DNA from: Octopus vulgaris
Lineage: Eukaryota
Assembly (NCBI GenBank): GCA_951406725.2
Contig: OX597831.1
Coordinates: 1,798,001-1,862,000 of the forward strand
Length of the DNA stretch: 64,000 nucleotides
Reading direction: 5' to 3'
Both the position numbers and the translations under genes were made by a program. The notes below the pieces were generated by a model. The model was given only the letters and a program-made list of their open reading frames with translations. It did no database searches and had not been told where the DNA came from. This document shows, piece after piece, positions 1 to 12,446 of this stretch. The number at the start of each line of letters is the position of its first letter. Positions within the stretch are counted from its first letter, which is position 1.

Positions 1-225
1 AAAGCTTTCACTATTTCAAAGTTTTTGTTATTGTTTAGTTCCAGATCAACCCTGATTCAACAGACCCATTATCAAAGGCATTCCGGACCTGACCATTCCA
101 AATTTTCCTGTGTGCAAGGAATGCAAAGCCATGCCATCCAATGTCCATTTTTTAAGTTGAGTGATACTGAGTGATTTGGCTGCTATTATTAACAAGTTAC
201 TCATGTACAACAGTTGCTCTCTAGT

Positions 226-339
226 AAAATCCCACTGGATCTTATACTCATTGTTCTCAGTGATGCCTTCTGGTTCATGTTTGTACCATTTCTGTGCTGT
301 GTGCAGATTGTACTTTTCACTCAGTCTCCAGTGAATTAT
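226..339 (-). mobile_element. Fragment of an R4/Dong-clade non-LTR retrotransposon ORF
   Basis: Translates IIHWRLSEKYNLHTAQKWYKHEPEGITENNEYKIQWDF. This matches the IHW...KWY.H.PE...EN...KI.WDF block between the zinc knuckle and the restriction-like endonuclease of R4-clade elements. Confidence 0.7.
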
Positions 340-351
340 AATCATCATTAG

Positions 352-829
352 TATTGAGTGAGAGGGCAGTGTATGCCATCAAAGTGACATTGGGGTACAA
401 TTATATGAAGCCCAATATACCCATCATGACTACCAGTCTGATTAAGAGTACACCAGACACCTGCATCACAGCCTTATGTGTGCAACATGGTGATCTTATA
501 TCAAGTGTGGCTCAGTGAGAATTCTCTTGAGGTTGAGTAGCTCATCCAGCTCAAAAGGTCCCTGGATAAGAGCTGTTTAAGGATGTTGAACGAAACACCC
601 ATATTTTCAGAAGTAAATTATTCAAATCTCAAGGAATTCCTCTCAACACATGGTTATGATGCTCACCCATTACATCTGCTTGTGATCAGAGATACACATA
701 TCATCACATGCTCAACTGGTTACGGTCAAGCGACTGACAAACGAATTTGTGAGACAAAACAGTGAACACGATAACGCTTTCAATCAGTTAAGATCAAAAG
801 TCATGAGAACTAGTGACTGATACTGCATC

Positions 830-830
<1 letters not shown>
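352..830 (-). mobile_element. Interspersed repeat family H (non-autonomous retroposon associated with (TAA)n)
   Basis: Homologous to 26471-26890 and 30660-30799; copies abut (ATT)n tracts. Strand is inferred from the tail. Confidence 0.65.
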
Positions 831-881
<51 letters not shown>

Positions 882-3075
882 TTATGTAACTTTCAAAGAA
901 TTCTAAATATAGCATTCATATACTCACTTATGTACCTATGCATACATGTACTCATAGATGCACATGTACTCATAGATATGTGCATACTCATACAAGAAGG
1001 ATACACACACAGGCATATACACATGCACACATACACACACGCACACATTTCCATGTAGACACAGACATTTCTACACACACACACACACACACTTTCACAC
1101 AGACCCATGCTCACATATACGTATACTTTAAAATAAAGATCAAGTTAGAGATGCTACTTTTGTTAACCCTATCCTCACCCTCCTATTGTTTAGATTTCAT
1201 CTGATAATGTTAACGATGATAACAGACTGGATTCTGGCTTATTGTCTGTTTGTCAGTGTGTGTTGTTATGGTCTGTGTGTGTGTGTTGTTATGGTCTGTG
1301 TGTGTATGTTGTTACGTTCTGTGTATGTATGTTGTTACTGTCTGTGTGTGTTGTTACTGTGTATGTGTGGATGTATACACATGTACATAGTCACACATAT
1401 ACACACAAGGGAGACTATCTAAATAAAGTACTCAAAGCATTTTAATGCTGAAAGATTATATTTATTGATGTTATATATGTGTGTGTGCATGTATGCACGT
1501 GTGTATATCAATCAGTGTGTGTGTTTGTTTATGTATGTTTGTATATATATATATATATATATATATCTTGAGACCGATAGAATAAGTACTAGGCTTACAA
1601 AGAATAAGTCCCGGGGTCAATTTGCTCGACTAAAGCCGATGCTCCAGCATGGCCACAGTCAAATGACTGAAACAAGTAAAAGAGTAAATATACATACACA
1701 CACACATGTGTGTGTACTTACATATGTACTTACACGTGTGTGTGAGTAATATACTTTTATATCCTTAGAGAATTTTCTTGATTCCTTTCTTTTCAATCAA
1801 CCATTCAAAATGTAACTAATTAAGACTATCTCATTAAGACTAGATTAATGTGTGTTAGATAGCTTCTTCCTCACCCCTTTGCTTCCTGCCTTCTTCTCCC
1901 CCTAATTTTTTAATTGGATCATCAATTTCTTTCTCCTTCTTATACTATCTCAGCACAGAAACAACATTTAAATTAACGAGTGTAATTAATGATAATGAAG
2001 AAATCCATTTCTTGAACATTATGGAAATTAATTTAATTTTAATTCAAATTGTATTGTTGGTACTGTTTCTGTTTAACCCAAGGCTAAATCTGAATGAGTA
2101 GATTGCTGATTGTTTGAAGACCTTCCAGCTGGTACCAATCCATATTCTTGTCTGTCTCGGCAAGACTGTGTTGAAGTGAAGTTTCTTTTGTAATCATGTG
2201 GCTTTGAGTTCTATCTCGTTCTACAATGCCTTGGGCAGGTGTCTTCTACTGTAGCCTCAAACTAATCAATATTGCTTTGTGAGTGGTTGGTGTGTGTGTG
2301 TGTGTGTGTGTGTGTTGGTACTTGAATAATCATCATCTGAATGTCTTCAGTTTTTGTCTCTCTCTCTATCTACATGTAAATAATCTTTTACTCTTTTATT
2401 GGCTTCAGTCATTTGACTGTGGCCATGCTGGAGCACTGCCTTTAGTCAAGCAAATCGACCGAAGGACTTATACACTGGGAATATCCAGAATTTTGTGTAC
2501 TCCATATGCACCCTTGGATTAACCAGAGAATGAGAAATCGGTGCCCCTCCCAGTTCTTCCCACCAGCTTACAGTTATGTCATTAATATAAGCTCATTTCA
2601 CCTGGTTAATTTCTGCCTCTCCCATCTATAAAACTTACCTGAAACAGCACCTTTTACTCTCCTCTCACTTTCCTTCTCAAATCATACTTGAAGAAGTTGC
2701 TGAGGGTTTGTCATGGTAGGACTTGTCTTCAACCCTTTCAATGAAATCCATCTTACTATTTCTTCAGCCTCCAGATGGTGGAGGATTTCTGCTCATCTTT
2801 TCCATAAAGGAAGTTGTATGAACTAATAAAAGGACCTTTATGAAATAGCTTAATCTTCTAGAAAGAGCAACCAAGTGTTCCTCAAGTCACATGCTACTGT
2901 CTTAACCCTCTGAACATGGAATTCCTGAATGCAATTTAGCCTGTTGACCAGGTTCCTAGAATGAAAATTCTGAAACAATACCAGCCCAAACATCTGCCCT
3001 TCAAGTTTCAGCCACAGAGGATTAGAACTTTCCAAACTGGTTGCTCACATTCAAAGGACTAAGAAGAGAAAGATA

Positions 3076-3470
3076 TCTTTATATATAAAAGTGAAGTTGT
3101 GTGTCTGTCTCCTACGATTTAGATTCCTAACTACTCCCACATTTTGCGGTGCAGTGTAACCAAAAGCGGGTATCTTATAGTCGTGATTCATATCGAGCCC
3201 TTCTGGGTATTAGTGCGCATCTACGATGAGTTTACGATTTGAAAAAAAATTTACCATCATTTTTTCCCATTTTTAATGCATTTTTTGCTGTTATATAAGG
3301 GAGGTAACTCTCTAAAAATGTATTATTAAATCTCAGAACGTAAAAAGCTACAGTAACACCCCCCCTTTGTGGTTAGCCATATTGAGATGGCTATTATACT
3401 TTACATCTCTAAAAATGCTTATATAGTTATTTCCCTTACAAACCCGAGCAACGCCGGGCGATACTGCTAC
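3076..3470 (+). mobile_element. Non-autonomous Helitron-like element
   Basis: A|TC 5' end, subterminal hairpin cccgagcaacgccggg (3443-3458), 3' CTAC|T (variant of CTAG), no TSD, CpG-richer than the flanks. Confidence 0.75.
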
Positions 3471-3896
3471 TTTTAGATAATTAGATACACTATGTATGAA
3501 TAAAGTGAAAGGAGAGTCAAAGAATTATTTTGATCAGGGGTTAGTTGGATCAAATTTGACCTGGGGCTAAAACAACAGCAGCAACAGTTTAATCAACATG
3601 TGATAAACTTCTGACATTAATGATATTCTAGGATCAGATTTAGGGGTCAAAGTTGAGGCTTTGTTTCTTTGATAATTTGGTCTACTCCCTACAGTCAAGC
3701 TGCTACCTCTTACCACTCCCTTTTCTTATTGCCTGCCAGTGTTGTGTGTGCTGTCGGTGGTGGTGGTGGTGGTGGTGGTGGTACTAGTGAGAGAAAGAGG
3801 TGGGGTGAGGGGTTGATGCTTCTGAATGGTCTTCAAACTGTATTTTTTTCTTTCTGATCCTTACCCACACCCTTGATGATTTTCTTCACAATTTTC

Positions 3897-4400
3897 ACCT
3901 TTCTTTATCTATCCCTTCATCCCTACCCGCTCCTCATATCATCTCCTCACCTTCACAGCCCAACTCAACCCAGCTCACTGCCTCCTTCTCTAGATTTGTC
4001 TGGTATTTCTAACTGCAGAGTTCTGTGATACAGATATGCTTGATTGTATACATGCATGCATGCATGCACGTATGTATGTATGTATGTATGTATGTATGTA
4101 TGTATGTATGTATGTATGTATGTATGTATGTATGTATGTATGTATGTATGTATGTATGTACGTAGATATACCTTTCTTTATCTATACCTTTCTTTATCTA
4201 TCCCTTCATCCCTACCCGCTCCTCATATCATCTCCTCACCTTCACAGCCCAACTCAACCCAGCTCACTGCCTCCTTCTCTAGATTTGTCTGGTATTACAT
4301 ATACATACATATATATATGTGTATACAGATATGCTTGATTGTACACATGCATGCATGCACGTATGTATTTATGTATGTGTATATATGTACGTAGATATCT
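3897..4400. repeat. Local direct duplication (111 bp identical at 3897-4007 and 4186-4296) around a (TATG)n microsatellite
   Basis: Direct sequence comparison. Confidence 0.9.
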
Positions 4401-4971
4401 ATATATACACTTGTGTATATACATATACATACATATGTATATGTGTACATACATATGTATATCTGTATATACATATGTATATGTATGTGTACATACACAT
4501 GTATGCGCAAATATAAGTGCATGCATGTGTGTGTGTGTGTGTGTGTATGTATACACACCCATGCACAAACACACATATTTATGCAGACAAATATAGGTGC
4601 AGTCCCAGCTGTCACTTCCCCCTACACACACACACACACACACATTCACCCATACCTTCTTACCAAATCCTTAATTCCTTGTGAGAAACCTATACAAAAA
4701 TTTACAGATTCTTTTACAACCATAAACTCCACCATCACCCTTGTCCAGTACACCCACTACTCCCTTTCTACCCCGACCCTCATTTTTTTTTTTATTCCCT
4801 GTCTGTACTTTATCTCGGTATTTGCTGTGCTATAAAATTTACATTTTTTGATATGAAGGTGTGGAACACAGAGAATGAAAGGGGAATGAGATCCTGTATT
4901 CTTTTTCCCTTCTTTGATGGTGGTGGTGGTGGCGGCGGTTGTGTCTGTGCTGTTGTTGTTTAGCCCCAGGC

Positions 4972-5302
4972 TATCGGAGACAGCCTCTTACAAAGGAACT
5001 TCTCTATGGTAATTTACCACCAGTATCACACGTCATCAGAGAAGGAACAAGAAGATTTGCTGGACATTCCTGGAGAGCAAAAGATGAGATCATCAACGAT
5101 GTTTATCTCTGGAAACCGAAGCATGGGTACGCAAATTCAAATGTTGGTAGACCACATTGGACCTACATAAAGCAACTGTGCAGGGACTCTGAGTGCACCT
5201 GGGAAGACCTACCATGTGCAATGGTGGACTGAACAGACTGGGGCAGAATGAGTCGCAGCAATCCATGCAATAAGCACAGCAAGATGATGATGATGATGAT
5301 GT
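4972..5302 (+). mobile_element. 3' remnant of an RTE-type LINE with a (GAT)n tail
   Basis: Translates LYGNLPPVS...RFAGHSWRAKDEIINDVYLWKPKHG...GRP..TYIKQL.RD...EDLP.AM, then gatgatgat. Confidence 0.8.
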
Positions 5303-5470
5303 CCTTGATCCATCAGACTTTTGATGAAAGGGTGTTCGAAATTAAAATCATAACTATACCATTTTTCTTTTAATCAAAGAAAATGTGATCATATTTGTAG
5401 TTATGATGGTGGTGATGTTAGTGAGTAATGTGGTTGTAGTGATGATAGTGGTCACATTGATTGTCATTGT

Positions 5471-5882
5471 GCGGCGAGCTGGCAGAAACGTTGGCACACA
5501 GGGCGAAATGCGTAGCCGTATTTCGTCTGCTGTTACGTTCTGAGTTCAAATTCTGCCGAGGTCGACTTTGCCTCTCATCCTTTCGGGGTCGATAAATTAA
5601 GTACCAGTTACGCACTGGGTCGATGTAATCGACTTAATCCTTTTGTCTGTCCTTGTTTGTCCTCTCTGTATTTGGCCCCTTGTGGGTAGTAAAGAAATAG
5701 GTATTTCGTCTGCTGTTACGTTCTGAGTTCAAATTCCGCCGAGGTCTACTTTGCTTTTCATCCTTTCGGGGTCGATAAATTAAGTACCAGTCACGCACTG
5801 GGATCAATGTAATCGACTTAATGCCTTTGTCTGTCCATGTTTGTCCCTCTATGTTTAGCCCCTTGTGGATAATAAAAGAATA
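5471..5882 (+). mobile_element. SINE family A dimer (tRNA-like head; central block resembling the Meta/MESC SINE domain)
   Basis: A-box-like tggcagaaacg, B-box gagttcaaattc, block gactttgcctttcatcctttcggggtcgataaattaagtaccag. The second unit starts at 5700. Confidence 0.85.
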
Positions 5883-7962
5883 AAATAGTATGGTTATTGT
5901 GGTGGTGGCCATTGTAGTTGTAATAGTTGTGGTGGTAGTAATAGCCAATCTGGTTGTAATAGTGGGATGGTTAGTGTGGGTGTAGTGGTTTGGTCAATGT
6001 AGTTGTAGTAGTAGTTATACTTCTAGTGGTGGTTGCAAAGAGTATCAAAGAAAGTGCTATTTGTAGTGGTGATGGTTGTTTGTGATGTTGTTGCTGTTAT
6101 TTAACCTCATTAAACCCTGACTGAGCAAACATTATCAAAGACATTCCAACCATGGCCATGCAACCTTTTTAAGGGTATCAAGAAATACTTTCTTGAGTAA
6201 GACACTAGGCTTGATTTGAGGAGAGAGATTTTGCTATTTTCCAGCGTGTTGAGTGATCATATGCCTACAATATATGTTGTTGAGAGTGCAATGTTGCTGT
6301 GATGGGTTGTCCTTATAAGATACCTAGTTTGAGATAGAAGGATTGGTGCGTATAGACAAAGTGAAGGGGAAACAGCTCACATCTTTTAGTATATGGAATC
6401 ATAAGTTTCTTTCTAATTAGTTGAGATAACAGAAGATTCTCTAATGTGCACTGATTTGACTAATTAGAATTGGTATTAATCACACCCTTGTCAAACTTCA
6501 ATTCTGAATGCATGCTAAAAATATATATATTTTATGTAATAATTTGAAATATAAAAAAAAATTTTTTTTTAGAATTGAATGATACATAGCCACATGTTCA
6601 ACACCACTGTGAAAATAGGTGCCAGAAATTTTACCTGCCTCCACAACTTTGTTACTCAATTTCTATTGAAATGCACTGTCTTAATTAATTTGTAAAATAA
6701 TGAGGAATTATTAAAATAATAATTGTTGTTATCAAGCCATTACTTGAAACAAATTAGTGCGAAATTTTAATGGAAGAATAATTTAGATTTGTTGTTATTT
6801 AACCCCAGGAAACCCTGAGCTCCAACAACTTCAGTTTTCCATCTGTCCAATAATAGTAATAATTCCTTCTATTGTAGACACATGACCTGAATTTTTGTGG
6901 GAATGGGGGCTAGTCAATTATATCAACCCCAGTGAATAACTGGTACATAAACACGAGTTTTATGTCATAGAACCAGGGCTAGTCCTAGATGGGTTTAATA
7001 CCAGAAGGATTTAGTACCAGATGGGATTGGTACCAGAAGGGTTTAGTACCCTTTTGTTACCATATTTTTGTTGAAATACACTGCCTTTGTTTCAATTAAT
7101 TTAGAAAATAATGAAGAATTTGGTAAAAGAAACTTTGTCCTTATTAAGGTGGTGTTAGGAATGAATTAACATGAAATTTTGATAGATTTTAATCTAGGTC
7201 ACTTTAAACATGAGGTTTGTGTCATAGCATTGAGGGTAATAATATCAGACGGGTTAGTATGAAAGAAGTTAAACCTGAAAATTTTGTGACACATTACCAG
7301 ACGCTGTCAATGGACAGACAATCTACGGTTCCACAACATTGAAACTAATGCATGTCATTATGTCTGAGATTTTTATTTCAAACAAATTTCTGGATATTCC
7401 CAGAGTTTTAATGTGAAATATTATCCTTTTAAAGTACTGCTGTCAAAAAGTTGAGTGATTTTTTTTTTTTTTGGTCTTTTCCCCGACTATATTTATTTAT
7501 TTATTTATTTTGGTGGTGGGGTGTCTAATATTCAGATTTTTACCTCATATTTTCAAGTATTGGTTTCCCTCATTTCATATGGTGATACTTACAACAACAA
7601 CAACTAAATACATAAAGTGAATACAGAATGTTGTACAGCTGTGAAAGTAAAGTTGTATGATATTCACAGCTTCTACAAATTTTTAGTGGAATGAAAAAAT
7701 ATTTCTTTTTTATTTACATGTTATAAGTGCAAGGCTCAGATTTGGAAAGGGGATTTTTTAAAAAATAGTCTAGACAGTGAAGGAAAAACAATACTCACGC
7801 TGCTCCCTTTTTTCGTAACTGTCCTCTGTAACTATTGCAGAGAAAAGGGGTGAAGCAGTTATGTCTCTCCCATGGGTTATCTTCAGATGGAAGATATGAT
7901 TCAAATGCTTGTTTCAACAGAATGTACTCTACTAAAGGTATCCAAGAGAGGGTCAGATAATA

Positions 7963-8365
7963 TTTATATATATATATATATAAAGCTGAAGTTGTCTGTG
8001 TGTGTGTGGCAGGTTTGGTAGCCTTCAACTAACACTATCTCCTCTGAGACCCTGCGGCGCAAGTTGACCAAAATTGAGAGTATGATAGAAGAAGGCTTGC
8101 TCTTCCTTCCGTAGAAAAAAAAATTCAAATCGGACCATGTCAACACCAAAAATTATTTACATCAAAAAGGTGCTTTTTTTCTATGAAAATCCCGATTTTT
8201 TACGATTTTTTTTACTGCTGTGTTGCCATTTTTCAGTGTATTTCTACCAGAAAAATGCTCACTTAAAGAGAATAACAAGCTACATAATGCAAAATTTTTA
8301 CTTTTCAAAAATTCCAATTCTAAAGGGTCGAAACAAACCCGAGCAATACTGGGCGACACTGCTAG
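7963..8365 (+). mobile_element. Non-autonomous Helitron-like element
   Basis: Shares 5' (tatatataaa.g.tgaagttgt) and 3' (acaaacccgagcaa...gggcga.actgctag|t) termini with 3076-3470, and ends in CTAG. Confidence 0.75.
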
Positions 8366-8821
8366 TAAGTGTTAAATGGAGGCATAGATGGGGGTTAGTC
8401 AACTGAATTGAAAACCCAGCATATGACTGGTACTTGTTTTTATCAAAACACCAGAGATTTGAAATCATAATATCAATCACCTGGAGAAAATAATACAAGT
8501 TTAATGTTTATACAAGTGTTCCTGCTATAGCTAACCTAAGTGTAAAGTTTCAAATTTAGAGTAAGGAGTGTTGTATATTTAATGGGAACCCCTCTCCATT
8601 ACATGTTTGGGACTTGTTTCATGGACCCTGGGAGAATGAAATGGTAAATTAATCTTGGAGGAATTTGAACATGGAGTGTAAAAGGATGCAATTAAATTCT
8701 TTCATTTTGTAGTGTTGCTCTATGTATAATTTGCTCCTGAGCCACATGGTTTCTGAGAGCGAACTTCTTAACCACACGGTCATACCTGTGCCTCTTAATA
8801 ATAATAGCAATAATAATAAAG

Positions 8822-9132
8822 ATAATAGATGTTGCAATACCAGGTGAATAGAAGGTGAAATGTAAGGAAACAGAAAAGATTGAGAAATACCAGCTATGGC
8901 AGGATGAGATATGAAAGTTATGGGGCATGAGGAAAGTAATGGTGATACCAGTGGTAATTGGAGCATTAGGAGCAGTTTCCAAGGGCTTTGAAAAACATAT
9001 TGAGAATATTGGAGCTATTGTCAGGCTCGAAGTGATCCAGAAGACAGCATTGTTGGGTATAGCTCACATTCTAAGGAGAGTATTGTCTCTTTGAGTCACA
9101 GAAGGCACTACTTGTGACCTTTGGTGATTTGT
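8822..9132 (+). mobile_element. 3' remnant of an R4/Dong LINE (restriction-like endonuclease end + 3' UTR) in (TAA)n
   Basis: 8822-9094 translates IIDVAIPGE*KVKCKETEKIEKYQ...LWG...VIPVVIGALG...IQKTALLGIAHILRRVLSL*, with two internal stops; TAA repeats on both sides. Confidence 0.85.
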
Positions 9133-9162
9133 AATAATAATAATAATAATGATAATAATAAT

Positions 9163-9352
9163 GTGCTTATTTTCTCTATCCCTCTGAACAGACGGATGAA
9201 GAAAATAGGTAAAAAACCTAGTTTAGTGCAGCTTCAAGAAACAGTATTATTAGTGACAGCTAGGATGCTTAGGAAAGTTCTTGACATCTAGGGTTACTTG
9301 TAGACCAATGTTAGAATTGTTTTTTTACCCAACAGTCTAATATGTTGTGCAT
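9163..9352 (+). mobile_element. Second short R4/Dong 3' remnant
   Basis: Translates MKKIGKKPSLVQLQETVLLVTARMLRKVLDI*, followed by a UTR and ataataat. Confidence 0.7.
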
Positions 9353-9918
9353 AATAATGGTTTCTGATAATAAGGGATTTAGTAAATTGAATTATCTCCA
9401 GCTCTTGACTGGTACTTAATCAAGCAAATCCTACAAGGATGAATGTTGAATGTGACTCCCAGCGACATTTGAACCTTGAACATAAAGGGAAATTAACAAG
9501 GTAACTGAAAACAATACAGCAATGTAGCTTTTTTCTCTTTTTCTGCATTAAATCACTGCTCTTAGTGTGATGAAAGGTAATGAATGAAAGGTTAACAGTG
9601 ACTGGCCACACCTCATGTAGCTTCACCCTCTCTGTCACATTACACTCTCTAGCAAAAGTTTCAGACTTTCCCATGGATTAATTAACAGCAATTAAATGCT
9701 TTACCCTAACCTTCACCCCACCAGCATGATAGCTGTGGGGTGGAGTAGGAGAGTGTATATTCTTTACATTGTACTGAGAGAGAGTTCACTGTCTTAACTG
9801 GTGTCTGATGACGCATTTATATCACAGGATATTATATTTATTTATCTATATCTGATATACCAAGATATATTTATATGTGTGTGTGTGCACATATAGATAT
9901 ATATAGGTGTATGTTAGA

Positions 9919-9970
<52 letters not shown>

Positions 9971-9974
<4 letters not shown>

Positions 9975-10202
9975 GCGGCAAGCTAGCAGAAACGTTAGTG
10001 CCCCCAGCGAAATGCTTAGCAGTATTTCGTCTGTCGTTACATTCTGAGTTCAAATTCCACCGAGGTCGACTTTGCCTTTCATCCTTTTGGGGTCAATAAA
10101 TAAAGTACCAGTTTCGCACTTGGGTCAATGTAATCAAGTTAATCCCTTTGTCTGTCCTTGTTTGTCCCCTCTATATTTAGCCCTTGTGGGTAGTAAAGAA
10201 AT
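9971..10202 (+). mobile_element. SINE family A
   Basis: Full-length match to the other family A copies, next to (TA)n. Confidence 0.85.
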
Positions 10203-10659
10203 ATATGTGTGTGTGTGTGAGTATCGTTAATCCCTACATATTTTTCTGTCTCTGTTTTTTTCTTTCTGTCTCCATTTTTTACCTGCTCACCCCTTTATGT
10301 TGACAAGCTTAGGCTCGGAATATCAAGGACTTTTCCATTCTGATTTTCCAGCAACTGGTGATTCAGCAAATTGTTTCTTCTGGATAAATTATGAGGGAGA
10401 GCTTGAGATGCTCATGGCAGCCAGTCTGGCTTCCTGTATGACCTGTGTGTTTACATGCATTATTTGAACATAGCAAGATAATTAAAAGCAGTGCAACAAT
10501 GTAGGGTCTTTTTTTTTCTTTTGCATCAAATCACTGCCCTTAGTGTGATGAAAGGTAATGAATGTGCTTCTTTGTGTTGGTACCAAAATTTAGAGAGATC
10601 CTCTGCTTGTTTAGCTTTAAGTTTCCTTTAACTATAGCTACCAGCACTCCATTGAATAT

Positions 10660-11210
10660 GACAATCAGGGTTCTACTTATCCAATCAATGGAACAGCCTA
10701 CTCATGAAATTCATGTGCAAGTGACTGAGCATTTCACATGAATGCAAACCCTTAACATAGTTCTCAGGGAGATTCAGCATGATACAGAATGTGAAAAGGC
10801 GTGGAGCTGGCAGAAACGTTAGCATGCTGGGCGAAATGCTTAGTGGTATTTCGTCTGCCACTACGTTCTCAGTTCAAATTCCACCGAGGTCAACTTTGGC
10901 TTTCATCCTTTTGGGGTCGATTAAATAAGTACCATTTACGCACTGGGGTCGATATAATCGACTTAATCCCTTTGTCTGTCCTTGTTTGCCCTCTCTGTGT
11001 GTAGCCCCTTGTGGACAGTAAAGAAATAAGAATGTGAAAGGCAGTCCCTTTGAATTACAGGTGCAACTAATTTTTGGCAGCTCTGTGGATGGGAGCCAAG
11101 TTAAATAAAGTTGAATAAAATCTCTTGCTCAGGGCCACAGTGTGCCACCTGGAATCACAACCTTATGATTTTGAGCTGAATACTCTAACCATTAAGCCAC
11201 GTGCCTTAAC
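10660..11210 (-). mobile_element. SINE family E, interrupted by a family A copy (10797-11028, +)
   Basis: Homologous to 20580-20880. The insert is flanked by the TSD agaatgtgaaa. Confidence 0.75.
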
Positions 11211-12402
11211 TTAGAATGTTAGTGGTAGTGTCAGAGGTGAACAACAAGCTATACCAATCCATGATTATGTTGCAAAAAGAAATGTACCGTGGTGTTTCAA
11301 CATGTTAGCTGCATGATACCAATGAAGTTAGAGGTGTATAATTAGTAGGTTAGAGGTGTGTTGATAACTCATTATTGTGACTGCTGATGGTCCAGCAAAA
11401 TGGTTAATCTGTCAAGGTTTTAGAGCCAAAGATAACAGAAAATCGGTAAAGTACCTGCTTATAGATATTCTCTGGCTGGTTGGCTGGCTTGATTGTTATT
11501 GCTTTGTCTCTGTTGTGTCTTGTTGTTGTTTTTTCATTGTTCCTGTTGTTGCAATTTAACAATGCTTAACATATCTTGCAAGAAGTGAAATATAATTTTT
11601 TTTAATGAGAAGTGGCTGACAACAACAACAACAGCAACAGATATAACATCAACAGCAGCTGTAGTTTATCACCAGCAATAACAATTACTTTCCTGATAAG
11701 AATCCAGTATGTGATAGTGGTGGCGGCAACAATGGCAGCGGTGGTGGTGGGGAGTTGGCTGTTATCTCCACTACACCTTATTAACACCTCTCCTCTACAC
11801 ATACACACATACACATTTACTGACATATATATATATATAACTCAGTAGAGGTCCCTGCCATGCTTATGACACATATTATCTTTATTTCCTTTCCTTTATC
11901 ATATTGGTCATATCTTCCCTTGCTTAGGCAGTTCCCTTATCTACTAATCTGATATTATTTCTCTTCCACCTTCACTACAGCCTTAACTGCAACATGAGGA
12001 GAGGAGGTACTGGATTGATGACAGAGGTGGGGGTGGGGGGAGTAGGGACTGAGTTCTTTTCATTCTTTCCTTCTTTCCTCCTATTGTACACATAATGCAG
12101 TGTACACTAACACTCACTACAGTTTCTGTATGCAGAGTGTGTATTTTGTCAATAGAGAAGATTGTTTCTATGTAAGTAAATGTGTGTGTGTGTGTGTGTG
12201 TGTGTATAAGTATGTGTCAGTGTCCTTGTATGTATGCCGACAAGTTGAAGATGTACCAAGCAGTTGTATGCATAAAAGTGTGTGTGTGTATGTGTGTGTG
12301 TGTGTGTGTCAAGGTGTACACGAAGAGTATGCTTGGTGTTGCTTGTGTGTGTGTGGCTATAGGTATAGCCATAAGAATGTATTGCATAGACACACACTCA
12401 CA

Positions 12403-12446
<44 letters not shown>

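Noticed and set aside
10290-10340. Further hammerhead relic (ttgacaagcttaggctcggaatatc)
   Set aside because: Too many core mismatches to support from this copy alone.
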